A DNA stretch of 64,000 bases from Promethearchaeota archaeon (GTDB lineage Archaea; Asgardarchaeota; Heimdallarchaeia; Hodarchaeales; Hodarchaeaceae): assembly GCA_048938105.1 (NCBI GenBank), contig JBHLMN010000003.1, forward strand, positions 160,001 to 224,000, read 5' to 3'. Positions 60,788 to 64,000 of this stretch are shown piece after piece. The position numbers and the translations under genes were made by a program. Positions within the stretch are counted from its first letter, which is position 1. The number at the start of each line of letters is the position of its first letter. The notes below the pieces were generated by a model that saw only the letters and a program-made list of their open reading frames with translations, was not told the DNA's origin and did no database searches.

Positions 60788-61477
60788 CTATTTTGAAGTT
60801 TTTGTACTGGAAAATGATTTATCTGGTTTTTTGGTTTCCTTCCGCCAGCTTAAAAGTCTTGATTGTTCAAATAATTGGAATAGGAATAAACCAAGATAGC
60901 CCCCAAACACGACTCCACTAATAAAACATACCCCAAGTATTAATATAAAGATTTCAAGTGGAAGGGCGAAACCTAAGAAAGTGTTAAGTCGAATTACTAT
61001 ATTTGATACCGCTGCTAAACCAGCAGCTGATATTAATATGAGACTTTCTATTTTTAATGCTTTTGGGAGGATAGACAAACTGAAGTACACGATTTCAAAC
61101 ACCAATGCCTCCCCTATAGAAACATAAAGCACAATGATGCCAAGATGACTAGCTGAAAAAAGTTCAATAAACCCTTTGATTATCCCACACAGAATAACAG
61201 TTCCTACTTTTCGATCAGTTTGTAAAAAGACCAATACAAACCATAAGATATGCAATCCTGCAAATATCTGCCCCCCACCTTGAGGAAAACCGATTGCTAA
61301 TCCAAATAATTTACCAAGATAGCCAATAAAAGAACTAAATACTCCTCCTAACGATGCAAACAGAGCTATAATAACTAGATCACTTGTTTCATAATAATAC
61401 GTTGGTTTCTTCAATTTATTTTGGGGAGGGGGCTCCATATATGAACTCTCATCATACAGTTCAGTTAAAACTCTCAA
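60788..61477 (-). CDS. ECF transporter S-component-like membrane protein
   Basis: DLVIIALFASLGG, KVGTVILCG..E, about 6 TM segments. Confidence 0.7.
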   Translation of the reverse strand: MRVLTELYDESSYMEPPPQNKLKKPTYYYETSDLVIIALFASLGGVFSSFIGYLGKLFGLAIGFPQGGGQIFAGLHILWFVLVFLQTDRKVGTVILCGIIKGFIELFSASHLGIIVLYVSIGEALVFEIVYFSLSILPKALKIESLILISAAGLAAVSNIVIRLNTFLGFALPLEIFILILGVCFISGVVFGGYLGLFLFQLFEQSRLLSWRKETKKPDKSFSSTKTSK

Positions 61478-61536
61478 TCCTCGGGAATATCATATATTTT
61501 TAACTGTATGTTTCAGAGTTTTGTTTCATCATTTTT

Positions 61537-63513
61537 TCAGGTAGAAAACTCATAAAAAACTTCTCGATTTAGCTTAGGAGTAATTTCATATAGTTCAAAA
61601 ACTATATCATCAATCTCTTTTTCGAGTAGTTCGATTTTTTGATTTAACCTTTCTAAATTCAAATTATTTTCTTGAAATCGTTGTTGTAAAGAATATTTCT
61701 TTTGATATTGAGATTGAAGGACTTTAGCTTTTTTAGCAAGCTGATTTGCTAAGATTACCTCTTTCTCAGTTAACGGTACTTTAATTGGAAGACGTAAAAA
61801 CTTTTTCTGGGTGAAATGAGGAAAATCTTGACGATGAGGATCTGCAAATTCGATGAAAAAATATTTGGTAATTAATCGAGAATTCAACACTCCCATAATG
61901 TATTCTAAGCTGATAGAGATATTTTTCTTTAATTTAAAGAGATAAACAACTTGATTAACCCATCTGTTATCGTAATCTATTACAGTCCGAATTCCCTTTC
62001 CAGTTTTTCTAAGTAAAAGCTTAGAACCTTGATACAGAGTAGGATCTTTATAATTTATTCCAGTACGTGTAGGATCAATATATTTTTGATTCTGAATATA
62101 ATATCTCTGAATGTGATGCCCTACGAGAAAAGGATAATCCCTCTCAGGGTGTTTAGGGTTATTAAACACTATAAAATCTGTTTTATCATATTCTGTTATT
62201 TCTTGTTGGCACTCTGGATTTGCACACTGCTTAGTTTTTATTCCATTTTTCACGAGACCAGGTGGGGAAGACCACCAACCACAGGATGAGCACTGGATGA
62301 TTCTACCATTTTTATTAAGTTCTACTCCCCTAGCGTTCACAACAAAATCTCTTAAAGGTTTGACTTGGATTTTTTCATGACGAAAATCTTTCTCTATAGC
62401 CTCTCTAAATTCTTCATAGCCAATTGAAAAAATATTGAATTGATAATCAATATTCGAAAGGAAACGATTTTGGTGGCAAGAAACAGTAGGTAGAGAAGAT
62501 AACGATTGGTGTCCTTCCTTAAGAAGCCTTTTTATTGGTGGAGGAATATACTGAACAATATCAAGATGATGATTAGGAGCCATTGATCCTTTTTCAGCAA
62601 TAATAATCATACAAGGCTGAGTTATGCCAGGAAAAACATTTTCTCCGAGATTGATTATATTGTTTATTCTGCAGGAATTTAGTATTAATTTTCGTATATC
62701 ACTATAATTCTCATTTAAAAGCAAAGTGTTTGGAATGACAAATCCCAAACGTCCCCCATCTCTTAAAGCGATCATGCTTCTTTCAATAAAAAGACTCCAA
62801 GAGTCTACCTGCTGGGTTCCCACGCTATAAAAACTTAGTAGTTTGGAAGAAAATAGAGTTGCTCCCCAAGGAGGATTCCCTAGTATTACGTCAAATCTTC
62901 CGTCTGTCTCTGGAAAAACAGTTTCCCAAGGCATTGGATTAATACGTGTAGAAATTTGGAAATCATCAGTTAATTTGATTCTTAAATTCTGCTTAATTCG
63001 TTTTTCAAGATCAGAGATTTCTCTTTTCTCTTTTTCGCTGGAAAATATCTCACTTCCGTTTATGAAGTGCTCTTTATACCGAAAGCGTAATTCTTCTAGT
63101 GAATAAACCTCACATTGATGCTCATAAGTTGCTGGAGGAATCAATGCGTTAAAAATCTTAAAATTTAAGTTGAAGTCTTGACAATTAAGGTTTTTTTGAG
63201 TCTCTGCAATCTGAGTTCTGTCAATGTCGATCCCATATAATTGGTTTGCAATAATAGACTTTCTAACTTGCGTTAAAGTTAATTCATTTGTCCTTTCAAT
63301 CGATTCAAAATAGGATAACAAAGACTCTAAGGATCGTACAAGAAATATTCCTAATCCACATGCAGGATCAAGGATTTTTAATGAACAAATCCTATTATAA
63401 CTGGAGCTTTTAAGGAAGCGACCAATCGTCTGATCAACAATGTAATTTACAATGTAATCTGGTGTATAATATTGGCCTAAAGTTTTGTTTTTTCCCCCAA
63501 TTTGGTTTATCAT
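61537..63513 (-). CDS. N6-adenine DNA methyltransferase (Eco57I/TaqI-like, with TRD; no nuclease domain)
   Basis: GQYYTP, DPACGLG, GNPPW, TaqI_C-like LNS; CSSC...CANPEC insertion. Confidence 0.88.
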   Translation of the reverse strand: MINQIGGKNKTLGQYYTPDYIVNYIVDQTIGRFLKSSSYNRICSLKILDPACGLGIFLVRSLESLLSYFESIERTNELTLTQVRKSIIANQLYGIDIDRTQIAETQKNLNCQDFNLNFKIFNALIPPATYEHQCEVYSLEELRFRYKEHFINGSEIFSSEKEKREISDLEKRIKQNLRIKLTDDFQISTRINPMPWETVFPETDGRFDVILGNPPWGATLFSSKLLSFYSVGTQQVDSWSLFIERSMIALRDGGRLGFVIPNTLLLNENYSDIRKLILNSCRINNIINLGENVFPGITQPCMIIIAEKGSMAPNHHLDIVQYIPPPIKRLLKEGHQSLSSLPTVSCHQNRFLSNIDYQFNIFSIGYEEFREAIEKDFRHEKIQVKPLRDFVVNARGVELNKNGRIIQCSSCGWWSSPPGLVKNGIKTKQCANPECQQEITEYDKTDFIVFNNPKHPERDYPFLVGHHIQRYYIQNQKYIDPTRTGINYKDPTLYQGSKLLLRKTGKGIRTVIDYDNRWVNQVVYLFKLKKNISISLEYIMGVLNSRLITKYFFIEFADPHRQDFPHFTQKKFLRLPIKVPLTEKEVILANQLAKKAKVLQSQYQKKYSLQQRFQENNLNLERLNQKIELLEKEIDDIVFELYEITPKLNREVFYEFST

Positions 63514-63639
63514 TTTAGAAATTACACATCTATTCCCTATAATTAGATTGCGGAAAAAAAATAGAAGATATAGATTATGGGAGGGAAAACCACATGAAAT
63601 AAAAAAAAGAGGGATAGGAGGGGGGTTTCAATCAAGCCT

Positions 63640-64000
63640 TCATGGCATGATATCTGTGTCTTTCAAAGTCTTTCTCTTCGCATGTCGTGCTATGTCTATA
63701 GCTCCCTTAGCTAGTGTGTAGCAATATGCTTCTAATTGCTTGTTTAAGTAGTCTACAGCGTCAGCTGATACTCGTGACGCGCCAGATTCTCGAATCACTC
63801 TTTCTACACGTGCTTTAGCAAACGCTCGAGATTTTGGGCCAGTGGGACTCATCTTAGGAGCACCAATCTTTGAAACAGCTAACTTGATATCATCAGATTG
63901 TACTGTCTTACGACCGGCAGTATTTGCCAGATTAATTGCTGTTTTTGATGCCTTCCCGCCAAATTCAGCACAAAGCTCGTCCATTCGCGCAATAGCCTTT
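63640..64000 (-). CDS. Tandem histone-fold protein (doublet or multiplet), 5' end outside the window
   Basis: AGRKTVQSDDIKLA, then a full fold ARVERVIR..GASRVSADA...HAKRKTLKDTDI; frame open to the window edge. Confidence 0.88.
   Translation of the reverse strand, partial: KAIARMDELCAEFGGKASKTAINLANTAGRKTVQSDDIKLAVSKIGAPKMSPTGPKSRAFAKARVERVIRESGASRVSADAVDYLNKQLEAYCYTLAKGAIDIARHAKRKTLKDTDIMP

Noticed and set aside
1-64000. Short antisense/overlapping ORFs in the track; CRISPR arrays, tRNA, rRNA
   Set aside because: The short ORFs lie within well-supported genes and lack motifs; no spaced repeats or tRNA/rRNA signatures seen by eye

Overview
Low-GC archaeal chromosomal window, most consistent with an Asgard archaeon (Heimdallarchaeia/Hodarchaeales-like). 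This is inferred from several longin/uDENN proteins, an Arf-like GTPase-longin fusion, a tandem histone-fold protein, Dph2, XerA, SufC/SufB (SMS-like) and AOR/SAMP. The backbone is housekeeping and metabolic: KaiC-like ATPase, glycerate kinase, hydantoinase/oxoprolinase A+B, and split LKR+SDH. Main points of interest: (1) an unannotated ~300-nt highly structured plus-strand RNA (9611-9913), head-to-head with a gene carrying two PARP1-type zinc fingers; (2) an accessory island (~20.7-32.3 kb) with a RuvC-II-rearranged TnpB and a PbeABCD-like PLD-helicase/SMC-ATPase operon plus a degenerate nuclease-like gene, flanked by DNA methyltransferases rather than dnd genes; (3) a possible lipid/amino-alcohol catabolic neighbourhood (39-56 kb: FGGY kinase, class III aminotransferase, Fe-ADH, SCP2, AOR, PlsC, acyl-CoA ligase, SAMP, RuBisCO-like protein). 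I saw no rRNA, tRNA or CRISPR array. All assignments come from motif recognition by eye; no searches were run.
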